Source: Candidatus Omnitrophota bacterium (GTDB lineage: Bacteria > Omnitrophota > Omnitrophia > Omnitrophales > Aquincolibacteriaceae). From it: a stretch of DNA of 64,000 nucleotides. The stretch is from the NCBI GenBank assembly GCA_016930235.1, contig JAFGHI010000047.1, forward strand, positions 86,215-150,214, read 5' to 3'. Position 1 is the stretch's first letter. Each line of letters opens with the position of its first letter. The notes beneath the pieces were generated by a model. It had not been told where the DNA came from. It saw only the letters and a program-made list of their open reading frames with translations, and made no database searches. Below are positions 1 through 8,597 of the stretch, in pieces. The translations under genes and the position numbers were made by a program.

Positions 1-392
1 CCTAATTTGGTAGCCATGGACGGAAAATCATCAAAAAGAATAAAAATAATTATTGACGAGAAAAAAAAGGGGGAAATGCCCGTAACAAAAATAAATCTGA
101 ATATTTTCTTCCAAAAGGACAATGTGAATAAAAGAAATAGCGGGATACCCCAAAGGGAAATGCGCCATAAAACCTTCTGAGCATAATCAAGATAATGCTG
201 GGCACCGTGCTGACCCTGTCCTGTAATCACTCGATTCAAAAAAGGAAGGCTCCTCCCTTCATAGGCATCCATCAGGATCTTTTCTCCAAAGGAGAAATAG
301 ATGCCCCATAAAAAACCAAGAGCGAACAGAAAGAAAAAAAGGGAAAAAATTATTGGGTGTTTTGCCCGCCTGAAAAATCCGATTTTTGGCAT
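1..392 (-). CDS. hypothetical integral membrane protein; start inside the window, 3' end runs off the window start. Same frame as, and immediately downstream of, the ClC channel stop codon
   Basis: Manual minus-strand translation: an unbroken frame runs from the ATG at 390-392 (MPKIGFFRRAKHPIIFSLFFFLFALGFLWGIYFSF...MDAYEGRSLPFLNRVITGQGQHGAQHYLDYAQKVLWRISLWGIPLFLLFTLSFWKKIFRFIFVTGISPFFFSSIIIFILF...) to position 1. It contains three helix-like hydrophobic segments. The strand is T-rich and A-poor, so a chance ORF is possible. It is absent from the ORF track because it is edge-truncated. Confidence 0.25.
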   Translation of the reverse strand, partial: MPKIGFFRRAKHPIIFSLFFFLFALGFLWGIYFSFGEKILMDAYEGRSLPFLNRVITGQGQHGAQHYLDYAQKVLWRISLWGIPLFLLFTLSFWKKIFRFIFVTGISPFFFSSIIIFILFDDFPSMATKL

Positions 393-404
393 ACGGTCTT
401 TATT

Positions 405-2435
405 TTACATCCTGGGGAAGAAAAACCGTTTGAGTTTTTTCTCGAGAAGCCATTTTCGGAAATCTTGTTCGCTTTTCGGATGAACAACGGCCCAGATTTT
501 ATCGCGGCCCATGAGCACCGTACCCCCTTCCGGAACATGTGTCGTATTTTTTCTCTCGATGGAAGTCAAAACAATTCCATCTGGTAAATCCAAATCACGA
601 ATAAGTTTTCCTGCAAGGCTTGAACGCTGGGGGATGGTAAACCGAACAGTCACCGTCCCATTGGCTGACTCTGTTTGATGCTCCATGCGGCCTACGAGCT
701 CATCGCGGTGGATCGTCGCCCGCATGTAAGCTCTCAAAACATCATCATGCTTGAGTATCCCAACAATTTTCGAGGGGTCTGAGGGATCCATTACAGGAAG
801 ACGCGTTACTTTATGATCTGTCATCAAGCGAGCAACCTCGCTCAGAGGTTCGTCCGGAAAACACGTTTCGGGTAAAGGTACCGCAACATCATCAGTGACA
901 ATAACCGATAGGTCTTTTTCAAGCAAAAGTTCTTGCACCTCTTCAGGTTTGATATACCCCACAATATTCCCCTGGATCCCCGCCACAAAAAAGGTTTTTT
1001 GTTCTTGATGTGACATTTTCTTAATAAGCTCTTTTGCCGGAAGTTTTTTGGGAAGAATTTCATAATCATGAGTCATGGCATCACGTACTTGGATCGCTCC
1101 TAAAATCTTTACCTCCTCAAGGGGGCCAATATCAATACCGCGATCTTTTAATTTAATTGTGTAAATTGACTCGCGACTGATTAATTGAGAAATGGATGTC
1201 GAAACCACGACAGCCACCATAATCGGAAGAATCATTCGATAATCTCCCGTCATTTCAAAAACAATCAGAATAGCCGTCACGGGAGCATGCGCTGCACCTG
1301 CAAAAACCGAAGCCATCCCAACAAGGGCATAAGCGCCGGGAGGAGCCACAAGAAAAGGCATGCGTCCATAAAAAAGTTTTCCGATGGTTCCTCCTAAGGC
1401 TGCCCCAATAAAAAGGGCTGGAGCAAAAACACCCCCTGAACTCCCTGAACCTAGAGATAAGGAAGTGGCAAGAACCTTCATAAGCACCAGCGACAAAAGA
1501 ATCATGAAACTCAGATTTCCATGCAAAGCATTTTCGATGAAATCCAATCCAGCACCAAAAACTTGTGGGAAATAAAGGCCGATTATTCCCACCCCTAAAC
1601 CTCCTAAAACGGGTTTAAGCCATTCCGGAAATTTCAAAGATTCAAACAATCTTTCCGACCCATGAAGCGTATAAATAAAAGAGAGGGCTACAAAGGCTGA
1701 TAAAACGCCTAAAAACAAATAAATTAATATCTCGAAGGGACTCCACAAACTATAAACCGGCGCGACAAAAGCCGGATTATCCCCCAAAAAAATACGGCTG
1801 ACGATACTCGCCGCGACAGAAGCAACAACAACAGTGCTTAAGGCTCTTGCCCCAAAATCTCTCAAAATCACTTCAAGGGCAAACATGACTCCTGCAATCG
1901 GTGTATTAAAAACACCCGATATCCCTGCTGCCGCTCCGCAAGCAACCAGATTTTTAATCTTTGTCTCGCTCAACTTAAATAATTGGCCGGCGGTCGAACC
2001 CAAAGCAGATCCTGCTTGGACGATCGGACCTTCCCGCCCAACGGAAGCTCCTGATCCTATCGCCAAAGCCGATGCTAATGCTTTGATAACGACGACAATA
2101 GGCCGAATACGGCCACCTTGAAGAGCAATAGCTTTCATCACTTCAGGAACGCCGTGCCCTTTCGCTTCAGGCGCGAAGTAAGTCACGAGAGGCCCTACAA
2201 AAACACCGCCGATGGCGGGAATCAAAATAATTGCAAAGACACCAAAAATGCTAAGCCAATCCTTAAGCTCGCCAAAAAAGAATCCCCGACAAATTTCAAT
2301 AAACCGGATGAATCCGACCACTACAAATCCCGTCCCGACACCTACCAAGCTAGCAACAAGGATAGGAATGACAAGCCGCGATCTTGAAAGATACATCGTA
2401 AAATGTTTTTTTAAACTAGAATGAAATGAGGCCAA
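405..2435 (-). CDS. ClC-family voltage-gated chloride channel / H+-Cl- antiporter with C-terminal CBS pair and TrkA-C domain
   Basis: GSGASVGREGPIVQ (ClC selectivity GREGP motif), GKEGP-like second motif and multiple TM helices. CBS-like segments follow (IQVRDAMTHDYEIL..., VARLMTDHKVTRLPV). A TrkA-C-like tail follows (GKLIRDLDLPDGIVLTSIERKNTTHVPEGGTVLMGRDKIW). Confidence 0.85.
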   Translation of the reverse strand: MASFHSSLKKHFTMYLSRSRLVIPILVASLVGVGTGFVVVGFIRFIEICRGFFFGELKDWLSIFGVFAIILIPAIGGVFVGPLVTYFAPEAKGHGVPEVMKAIALQGGRIRPIVVVIKALASALAIGSGASVGREGPIVQAGSALGSTAGQLFKLSETKIKNLVACGAAAGISGVFNTPIAGVMFALEVILRDFGARALSTVVVASVAASIVSRIFLGDNPAFVAPVYSLWSPFEILIYLFLGVLSAFVALSFIYTLHGSERLFESLKFPEWLKPVLGGLGVGIIGLYFPQVFGAGLDFIENALHGNLSFMILLSLVLMKVLATSLSLGSGSSGGVFAPALFIGAALGGTIGKLFYGRMPFLVAPPGAYALVGMASVFAGAAHAPVTAILIVFEMTGDYRMILPIMVAVVVSTSISQLISRESIYTIKLKDRGIDIGPLEEVKILGAIQVRDAMTHDYEILPKKLPAKELIKKMSHQEQKTFFVAGIQGNIVGYIKPEEVQELLLEKDLSVIVTDDVAVPLPETCFPDEPLSEVARLMTDHKVTRLPVMDPSDPSKIVGILKHDDVLRAYMRATIHRDELVGRMEHQTESANGTVTVRFTIPQRSSLAGKLIRDLDLPDGIVLTSIERKNTTHVPEGGTVLMGRDKIWAVVHPKSEQDFRKWLLEKKLKRFFFPRM

Positions 2436-2470
2436 ATGATTACCTCACAATACCTTTCTTTGAATAAATT

Positions 2471-2959
2471 TCAGTTCATAAGCCCCTGCAATTTCAATAA
2501 TGCATGCTTCGCTAACAAATACTCGGGGTTATCGCTTACTGCTTTTTCAAAACATTGAATCGCGCGTAGCCAATCTCCTTTTTTCTCCCATATCCGCCCC
2601 AAATTATAATAAGGATAGCAATAACTTTCATAACGTCTTGCGGTCGTTGCTTTTTCAAGCCATGGAATGGCTTCATCCATTTTCCCTGTCTCGATCAAAT
2701 AAGCCCCGATATCATTATAGGGGTTACCATATTCAGGATCTAAGGCAATTGCTTTTTGACATTCTTCAATCGCATGATCATAAAGATTCTGAAAGCTATA
2801 AGCCCAACCCAAAAATGTATGAGCTTCTGGCGTTGGGTGAATTTCTATCGACTTCCGATAGTGATCGATAGCCTCATGAAGGAGCCCTTGCATCTGTTTT
2901 TCATATCCTTCCTGAACATACCGCATCGCTTCCTGCTGATGAAAACTACCTTCATTCAT
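2471..2959 (-). CDS. TPR repeat protein
   Basis: Tandem 34-aa repeats with W-LG-Y / A-F-A-P spacing (AIDHYRKSIEIHP..., AIEECQKAIALDPEYGNPYNDIGAYL..., AIPWLEKA...). Confidence 0.7.
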   Translation of the reverse strand: MNEGSFHQQEAMRYVQEGYEKQMQGLLHEAIDHYRKSIEIHPTPEAHTFLGWAYSFQNLYDHAIEECQKAIALDPEYGNPYNDIGAYLIETGKMDEAIPWLEKATTARRYESYCYPYYNLGRIWEKKGDWLRAIQCFEKAVSDNPEYLLAKHALLKLQGLMN

Positions 2960-3266
2960 ACTCTGTCCCTTTTTGCTGATGATTTAATTTTACTATAGGA
3001 TTATATGAGAACGCTGTTCTGATTTAAAACCTCATATCCATATGTCTATCAATAAGTTATGATAATATCCTCCGGTTAAATGCTCTATTATATAATTCTT
3101 AGCGGGATGGAGAGAATACATACGCGAAGCTATTATATCACAAACCACCTCTTATGGAGGATTCGGCAAACAGACTCTTCTCCAGCCAACTATTCCAGTC
3201 TTTCTCAAGATAGTCCAAGTTTCGTCCAAGACCTTGAATAATAGCATCATGAATGGTTTTCCCCGA

Positions 3267-4475
3267 TTAAATATTTTTTAAAAATGAAAGAAGAGGATAA
3301 AAACGAAATTTATCTTTTATATACAGAACAAAAGATAAAGATTGCTCATAGGCAAGAGGCACAAACGACGGAGGAATTTTCTCTGCCGCCAAGGGATCAT
3401 TCAAAATTTCAAAAGGCAGATAGGATTGACTTTTATAAACTTGCGCTAAGTTCAGAAAATACCGACTGTCATACAACGAAACCCCACGGATCCGATCTTC
3501 CTCGTAACGAGCCAACCCCTCATGGAACCAAAAAGGGACCGGATATCCTGCTGATAGATCATTGATGACAGAATGTGTATATTCATGTGCCAACACAGCC
3601 TTGAATTGTTTTTCATTTTCAAGCCCACTTGAAAAAGGTATTTTGATCCTTCCATCATTTAAGGCAGCTGCCCAATCCGGGCCGCTATGGATCTGCTCAA
3701 ATTTCATTTGGTCAACAAGCACAAAAACCAATCGATGTTTAATCCAATACTCAAAATCTTCCCCCACAAAATCCGATACCTCCTGAATCAAATCAAAGAT
3801 CCTCTTTGGATCGACGCCCATCAAATCTTCCTGAAACCTCAAAATCCAGTTACCATGCCTAATTTCTCGTGTTTGTTTTTCGATTTCCATCTCCCTAAAA
3901 AACTGCATCTTTTGTTCCCGGAAACTCTCATCCGGATTTCCTTTCAAACCTTCTTCCAGCAATCCGTTGGCTTCCTGAGTCGAGCCTTCCATGCGGTAGA
4001 CAATTTGAGAGAGCATAATTTTTAATTTGGAATTTTGAGGATCATAGCGAAGAGCTTTTTCAAAGTCAGCGCGGGCCTTTTTTAAGTCGTTAAGCCGATA
4101 AGCTTCATCCCCCCGCCAAGCGAGCACCGATGCCAGACTTTTATTAATATTTTCGTTTTCCGGTTCGAGCTTCCTGGCTTTTTGAAGGAATTTTTCAGCC
4201 GTCGTCCACTTTTGTTCATCAGCTTTCAAAAGTCCGCAATTATGGTAAATAATCGCAAGCTGTTCACGATAGTTATCCGAGGGGTTTTTGCGGTAAAAAG
4301 ATTCCCACTCTTTGACTAAAGCGCAGGAATCATCCGCTGCAAAAGGCTTAGTAGCCCTTCCTAAGAGCGAGGAAATCAGAAAGAGAACTATACTGATAGT
4401 AAGGATTGTTTCTTTTTTCATCCCCGATTGTCGAAGCTTTTTTTTCATCATAATTATGCCCTGGGAGAACAACAA
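3267..4475 (-). CDS. secreted or membrane-anchored TPR protein with C-terminal HExxH zincin-like domain (putative metallopeptidase)
   Basis: N-terminal hydrophobic signal/anchor (ILTISIVLFLISSLLG), TPR-like repeats, then AHEYTHSV...FWFHEGLARYEE (HExxH plus downstream E). The start may be the internal ATG at 4451 or 4421; the ORF overlaps the upstream MBL gene end. Confidence 0.5.
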   Translation of the reverse strand: MLFSQGIIMMKKKLRQSGMKKETILTISIVLFLISSLLGRATKPFAADDSCALVKEWESFYRKNPSDNYREQLAIIYHNCGLLKADEQKWTTAEKFLQKARKLEPENENINKSLASVLAWRGDEAYRLNDLKKARADFEKALRYDPQNSKLKIMLSQIVYRMEGSTQEANGLLEEGLKGNPDESFREQKMQFFREMEIEKQTREIRHGNWILRFQEDLMGVDPKRIFDLIQEVSDFVGEDFEYWIKHRLVFVLVDQMKFEQIHSGPDWAAALNDGRIKIPFSSGLENEKQFKAVLAHEYTHSVINDLSAGYPVPFWFHEGLARYEEDRIRGVSLYDSRYFLNLAQVYKSQSYLPFEILNDPLAAEKIPPSFVPLAYEQSLSFVLYIKDKFRFYPLLSFLKNI

Positions 4476-4995
4476 CCTGATCTCCGAGTTGTGCCAAACA
4501 TTTTAAGCTTTCATACATCTTCTCGGGATCGCCTCCTGCGATATCACATCGTCCACAGGCATTAATAAAAAGAGTGTCCCCCGAAAGCAGATGATTTTGA
4601 ACGAAGAAGCACAAACCTCCTGGGGTATGACCCGGCGTATGCAAACACTCAATCTCAATGTCCCCAATCCTAATTTTTTGTTTATCTCGCAACTTCTCGA
4701 TTCTATCCGGCTTCACTTTAATCATAGAGGCTTCATTTGCGTGAACATATATTTTGCCTTCCATCTTCTCTAAGAGTTCTTCGACACCGTTAGCATGGTC
4801 ATAATGCGTGTGCGTCAAAAGCCCTCCAACAATTTTCATCCCGTCACGGTGAGCTGTCTCAAGGAGCGCTGGGACATCCCAAGCAGGATCGACAACAAAG
4901 CATTCCCCTTTTTTTTGATCACCGACGAAATAGGAGAAATTCTGCATGGGCCCAATTTCGATTTGTTTCAAATATAATTTTGGTAAATTTTTCAT
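4348..4995 (-). CDS. MBL-fold metallo-hydrolase (glyoxalase II / hydroxyacylglutathione hydrolase-like)
   Basis: THTHYDHANG (HxHxDH zinc motif); GHTPG; downstream H and D ligands. ATGA overlap with folA upstream. Confidence 0.8.
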   Translation of the reverse strand: MKNLPKLYLKQIEIGPMQNFSYFVGDQKKGECFVVDPAWDVPALLETAHRDGMKIVGGLLTHTHYDHANGVEELLEKMEGKIYVHANEASMIKVKPDRIEKLRDKQKIRIGDIEIECLHTPGHTPGGLCFFVQNHLLSGDTLFINACGRCDIAGGDPEKMYESLKCLAQLGDQVVVLPGHNYDEKKASTIGDEKRNNPYYQYSSLSDFLALRKGY

Positions 4996-5477
4996 TTTAA
5001 ACCATTCTCCAAATATAGAAATTCAAGTCTCACACCCTTTTCTTCCGACACTTCTTTTTCTTTCAAGCAAAAAAAAGATGGGATCGGAGGATAGTAAGCA
5101 TCACCTTCGTAGAGAGCATGAATTTTTGTTACATAAAGCCCGTCGACATCATTGAACGTCTGCTTATAAAGGTCAGCCCCTCCAACAACAAAACATCTCT
5201 CTGTTTTAACGTTTTCGAAGGCCTCTTCGATTGACGAAAAAAAACAAACATTTTCAAAATTCCTCTTTGCTCGACTCAAAACGAAATTGACTCTGTTCGG
5301 CAGCGCTTTCCCAATACTCTCAAACGTTTTCCGGCCCATCAAGACAGTGCTTCCGGTTGTCACTTGTTTAAACCGTTTCAAATCAGAAGAAAAGTGCCAG
5401 GGAAGCTGATTGGCTTTGCCAATCACCCCATTATCTGAAACCGCAACAATATGAAAAAGTTTAAACGCTCTATTCAT
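4992..5477 (-). CDS. folA: dihydrofolate reductase
   Basis: GVIGKANQLPWHFSSDLKRFKQVTTGSTVLMGRKTFESIG, VVGGADLY - canonical DHFR motifs, 161 aa. Confidence 0.9.
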   Translation of the reverse strand: MNRAFKLFHIVAVSDNGVIGKANQLPWHFSSDLKRFKQVTTGSTVLMGRKTFESIGKALPNRVNFVLSRAKRNFENVCFFSSIEEAFENVKTERCFVVGGADLYKQTFNDVDGLYVTKIHALYEGDAYYPPIPSFFCLKEKEVSEEKGVRLEFLYLENGLK

Positions 5478-5479
5478 TT

Positions 5480-6275
5480 TTAAACTGCAATAGGGGCTTT
5501 AATCGCCGGGTGAGGGTTGTAATTTTCGATTTTGAAATCCTCATATTGAAATTGGAATAAATTCTTTACATCGGGATTTAGAATTATTTGAGGCAGCGAT
5601 CTTGGTTCACGGCTAAGTTGAAGATGGACTTGTTCTAAGTGATTCTGATAGATGTGGACATCACCGAAGGTGTGGACAAATTCACCCGGCTTGAGTCCTG
5701 TTACCTGGGAAATCATCACTAAAAGCAAGGAATATGAAGCGATATTAAAAGGGACCCCCAGGAAAACATCCGCGCTTCTTTGATAAAGCTGACACGATAA
5801 TTTTCCCTTCTGAACATAGAACTGAAAAAGGCAATGACACGGCGGTAAAGCCATCCGTTCAATTTCTCCAACATTCCAGGCGCTTAACATTAACCGGCGG
5901 CTATCGGGATTCGTTTTAATCTGTTCGACCAAGTTTGCCATCTGATCAACGGTTCGGCCATCCGGTTTTGTCCAAGATCTCCATTGCTTCCCGTAAACAG
6001 GGCCCAAATCCCCTTTTTCATCGGCCCATTCATCCCAAATTGTCACCCCGTGATCATGAAGGTACTGGATATTCGTATCCCCTCTTAGAAACCAAAGGAG
6101 TTCATAAATGACAGACTTTAAATGGACTTTTTTGGTGGTCACGAGCGGGAATCCCGCTTCTAGATCAAAGCGCATTTGATACCCAAAGGTGCTGACCGTC
6201 CCAACGCCGGTCCGGTCCTCTTTTGCGATCCCCGAAGATAAAATATGCCGAAGAAGATCCAAATATTGTTTCACT
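5480..6275 (-). CDS. thyA: thymidylate synthase (ThyA type)
   Basis: YLDLLRHIL...DRTGVGT...[12 protein letters not shown] (catalytic Cys), 264 aa from a GTG at 6275 (VKQYLDLL). AAGGAA Shine-Dalgarno 8 nt upstream. The ORF-track ATG at 6436 would add about 54 non-conserved residues and overlap the radical SAM gene. Confidence 0.9.
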
Positions 6276-6362
6276 GAGGTTCCTTTGTTTTTCCAGGAGA
6301 TATGACTTTTAGAGGATTTATTATACGTGATCCGGCGGGAAATTGCATCTTCCCCTTTTCCC

Positions 6363-7472
6363 TTATTTCTTGAACCAAAAACCAGGAACGAAGGTCTGAC
6401 AGCGTAAACATTGCCCCTTTCTAGGGGACAATTCATCTTTCAAAATCTGAAACCCAAATCTCTCAATCAAACATTCCCCGCAATGATGGCAATAGGTATT
6501 TTCCCCTTCTCGGACCCTGCCGGGGAGATTGCCGGCATAAATATAATTCAGGCCGGCTTTTTTACCTATTTCATAAGCATGCAAAAGATCTTGCGGTGAA
6601 GTATTCCGAGGCCCTATCATTTTATAATCACGGTGAAATGCCGTCACATGCCATGGAATATCCGGTGAAACGGAAACCAAAAAATCCGCAAGCTTTGACA
6701 ATTCATCTTTTGAGTCATTGTAACCGGGGATTAGCAACGTCACGACTTCCATCCAAAACCCCATGCGGGAAACCTGTCGAATGGTTTGACAAATTGTCTC
6801 GAGTTTTCCTCCAAGCTCACGGTAATGTTTGTCATCAAAACATTTAAGATCAATCTTGAACAAATCAAGCCATGGCCTCAAATAATCCAAGACTTCCTGG
6901 CTGGCATTTCCGTTAGAAACATAAGCTGTTATAAAACCTTCTGCTTTTGCCAGCTTAAAGATCTCAACAGCCCATTCGGATGTAATCAAAGGTTCGTTAT
7001 AAGTACTCGTGATCACCTGGCATTTCTGCTCAATTCCATATCGAATGATTTCTCTCGGAGAAATCTTAGTAATCGAAGAGCTTGCTTGGAAATCCCGAAG
7101 GGCCTGGCTTGAAATCCAATTTTGACAGAAGGAGCAATGAAAATCGCATCCGAGCATGCCAAAACTCAAAGCCCTGGCACCGGGAAGGGCATGATAAAAA
7201 GGTTTTTTTTCGATCGGATCGTCCTGTAACCCGGCTACATAACCCCATGGAACAAAAAGTTCCCCCCCTTGATTAAAGCGGACTTTGCATATGCCTTGGC
7301 GGTCATCAGCCATGACACAATAATGCCCGCAGCAATAACAACGCAACTCTCGATCAGCAAGCTTTTCATAGAGAGTCCCCTTGCGGGTCTGTCTGGCTAA
7401 TATCCCTGCTAGACCGCCATTTTCCATGAGCTTATTATACACCGCCTTGGATTCAGCCGTCACCTCAAGCAT
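6363..7472 (-). CDS. AmmeMemoRadiSam-system-type radical SAM enzyme (AmrS-like; PFL-activase-related)
   Basis: [11 protein letters not shown] (CxxxCxxC), N-terminal Cys cluster [11 protein letters not shown]-terminal CHHCGECL...CLRCQ. Overall resemblance to the AmrS family is from memory. Confidence 0.65.
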   Translation of the reverse strand: MLEVTAESKAVYNKLMENGGLAGILARQTRKGTLYEKLADRELRCYCCGHYCVMADDRQGICKVRFNQGGELFVPWGYVAGLQDDPIEKKPFYHALPGARALSFGMLGCDFHCSFCQNWISSQALRDFQASSSITKISPREIIRYGIEQKCQVITSTYNEPLITSEWAVEIFKLAKAEGFITAYVSNGNASQEVLDYLRPWLDLFKIDLKCFDDKHYRELGGKLETICQTIRQVSRMGFWMEVVTLLIPGYNDSKDELSKLADFLVSVSPDIPWHVTAFHRDYKMIGPRNTSPQDLLHAYEIGKKAGLNYIYAGNLPGRVREGENTYCHHCGECLIERFGFQILKDELSPRKGQCLRCQTFVPGFWFKK

Positions 7473-7483
7473 GATAGATCAAA

Positions 7484-7513
7484 TTCCAAAAACTTGACCC
7501 TGTACGCTCTTCC
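7484..7513 (+). promoter_or_regulatory. sigma70-like promoter for mutY (TTGACC - 18 nt - TATGAT); short or leaderless 5' UTR
   Basis: cTTGACCctgtacgctcttcccccTTATGATaaaccATG read directly; -10 ends about 15 nt before the ATG at 7529. Confidence 0.45.
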
Positions 7514-7528
7514 CCCTTATGATAAACC

Positions 7529-8593
7529 ATGCCCATAGCAAGGACGGTTTTGTTTCAAAAATATTTACTGCGCTGGTACAAAAGAAACGCCCGCCAACTA
7601 CCCTGGCGCAAGACAAAAAACCCTTACAAGATTTGGGTCTCCGAAATCATGCTTCAACAAACACAGGTCGAAACAGTTATCCCCTTCTACAAAAAATGGT
7701 GCCAAACATTCCCAAGCGTTCGAACACTTGCGAATACCCCTGCTCACAAAGTGATGAGGCTTTGGGCCGGGCTGGGATACTACCGAAGAGCCCGGGCACT
7801 TCACCAAACAGCAAAAATAATTGTTGAAAAGCACAAAAGCAAACTTCCAGTCTCCGTGAAAGATTTGATGAAACTTCCAGGGATCGGAAGATATACCGCC
7901 GGAGCCATAGCCAGCATCGCTTTTGGCAAAACGGCACCTGTTCTGGATGGCAATGTGATACGCGTCCTAACCCGCCTTCATGCGATTTCCAACCCGATCG
8001 ATTCTCCCATGACCATTCGAAAGCTATGGGAGATGGCGGAGAGCATGGTTCCCAAGAACCATGCCGGAGATTTCAACCAAGCCATGATGGAACTTGGAGC
8101 CATGATTTGCCGCCCGGATTCCCCAAAATGCGGCATTTGTCCTGTCTCAAAGTTTTGTTCGGCTTATCGAAAAAATATGACGAAAAAAATACCTTACCGT
8201 CTCAAGAAGGAAAGAATAAAAAAAATAACCTCCGCGGCGCTCATTTTTCAAAGAGATGGGAAAGTCCTAGTTCAAAAACAGCCGAGGGACGGCAGGTGGG
8301 GCAGTTTATGGATGTTCCCCTTTTGGGAAAACAAAAAAGATTTCTTGAAGGAGGCCGGATCCGGTCCGAAAAATATCAGGCACAAATTTACAATCCGTCA
8401 TGGTTTTACGAAATATTCCATTAATCTTCAAGTCTTCTCTAGCAGGACTTTCCGGCCCTTGTCCCTGTGGGCTAAGCCGTTGGAGAAAAAAAATCAATGG
8501 GTATCCATCCGGAATCTCGGAAAACTGGCTTTCCCATCGCCTCACAGAAAAATCGCAGAGTTTCTTTTGGAAGAGTCTTTCAAGGAACAATAA
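7529..8593 (+). CDS. mutY: A/G-specific adenine DNA glycosylase
   Basis: LLRWYKRNARQLPWR, HhH-GPD (LPGIGRYTAGAIASIAFG), 4Fe-4S cluster loop CRPDSPKCGICPVSKFC, C-terminal NUDIX-like domain. Confidence 0.9.
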   Translation: MPIARTVLFQKYLLRWYKRNARQLPWRKTKNPYKIWVSEIMLQQTQVETVIPFYKKWCQTFPSVRTLANTPAHKVMRLWAGLGYYRRARALHQTAKIIVEKHKSKLPVSVKDLMKLPGIGRYTAGAIASIAFGKTAPVLDGNVIRVLTRLHAISNPIDSPMTIRKLWEMAESMVPKNHAGDFNQAMMELGAMICRPDSPKCGICPVSKFCSAYRKNMTKKIPYRLKKERIKKITSAALIFQRDGKVLVQKQPRDGRWGSLWMFPFWENKKDFLKEAGSGPKNIRHKFTIRHGFTKYSINLQVFSSRTFRPLSLWAKPLEKKNQWVSIRNLGKLAFPSPHRKIAEFLLEESFKEQ

Positions 8594-8597
8594 GTTT

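Noticed and set aside
236-262. Hairpin GAAGG-GAGGAG-CCTTCC followed by TTTTTT on the minus strand, about 145 nt downstream of the ClC stop (possible terminator)
   Set aside because: It has only a 5-6-bp stem and lies inside a continuous open frame, so it cannot be called a terminator with confidence.
301-483. 60-aa plus-strand ORF with good SD (AAAGGAGAAATAG-ATG) encoding a K/R-rich peptide
   Set aside because: Its low-complexity basic composition is what an A-rich strand yields by chance. It overlaps the 3' end of the ClC gene and the candidate minus-strand ORF. No recognisable motif.
8026-8424. 132-aa plus-strand ORF inside mutY (alternate frame), plus many other 60-170-aa ORFs antisense or out of frame within long genes (e.g. 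12740..13219, 33137..33592, 38828..39289, 44229..44651, 57263..57706)
   Set aside because: They are fully embedded in well-supported genes with strong family motifs and have no motifs of their own. Each is a typical shadow ORF.
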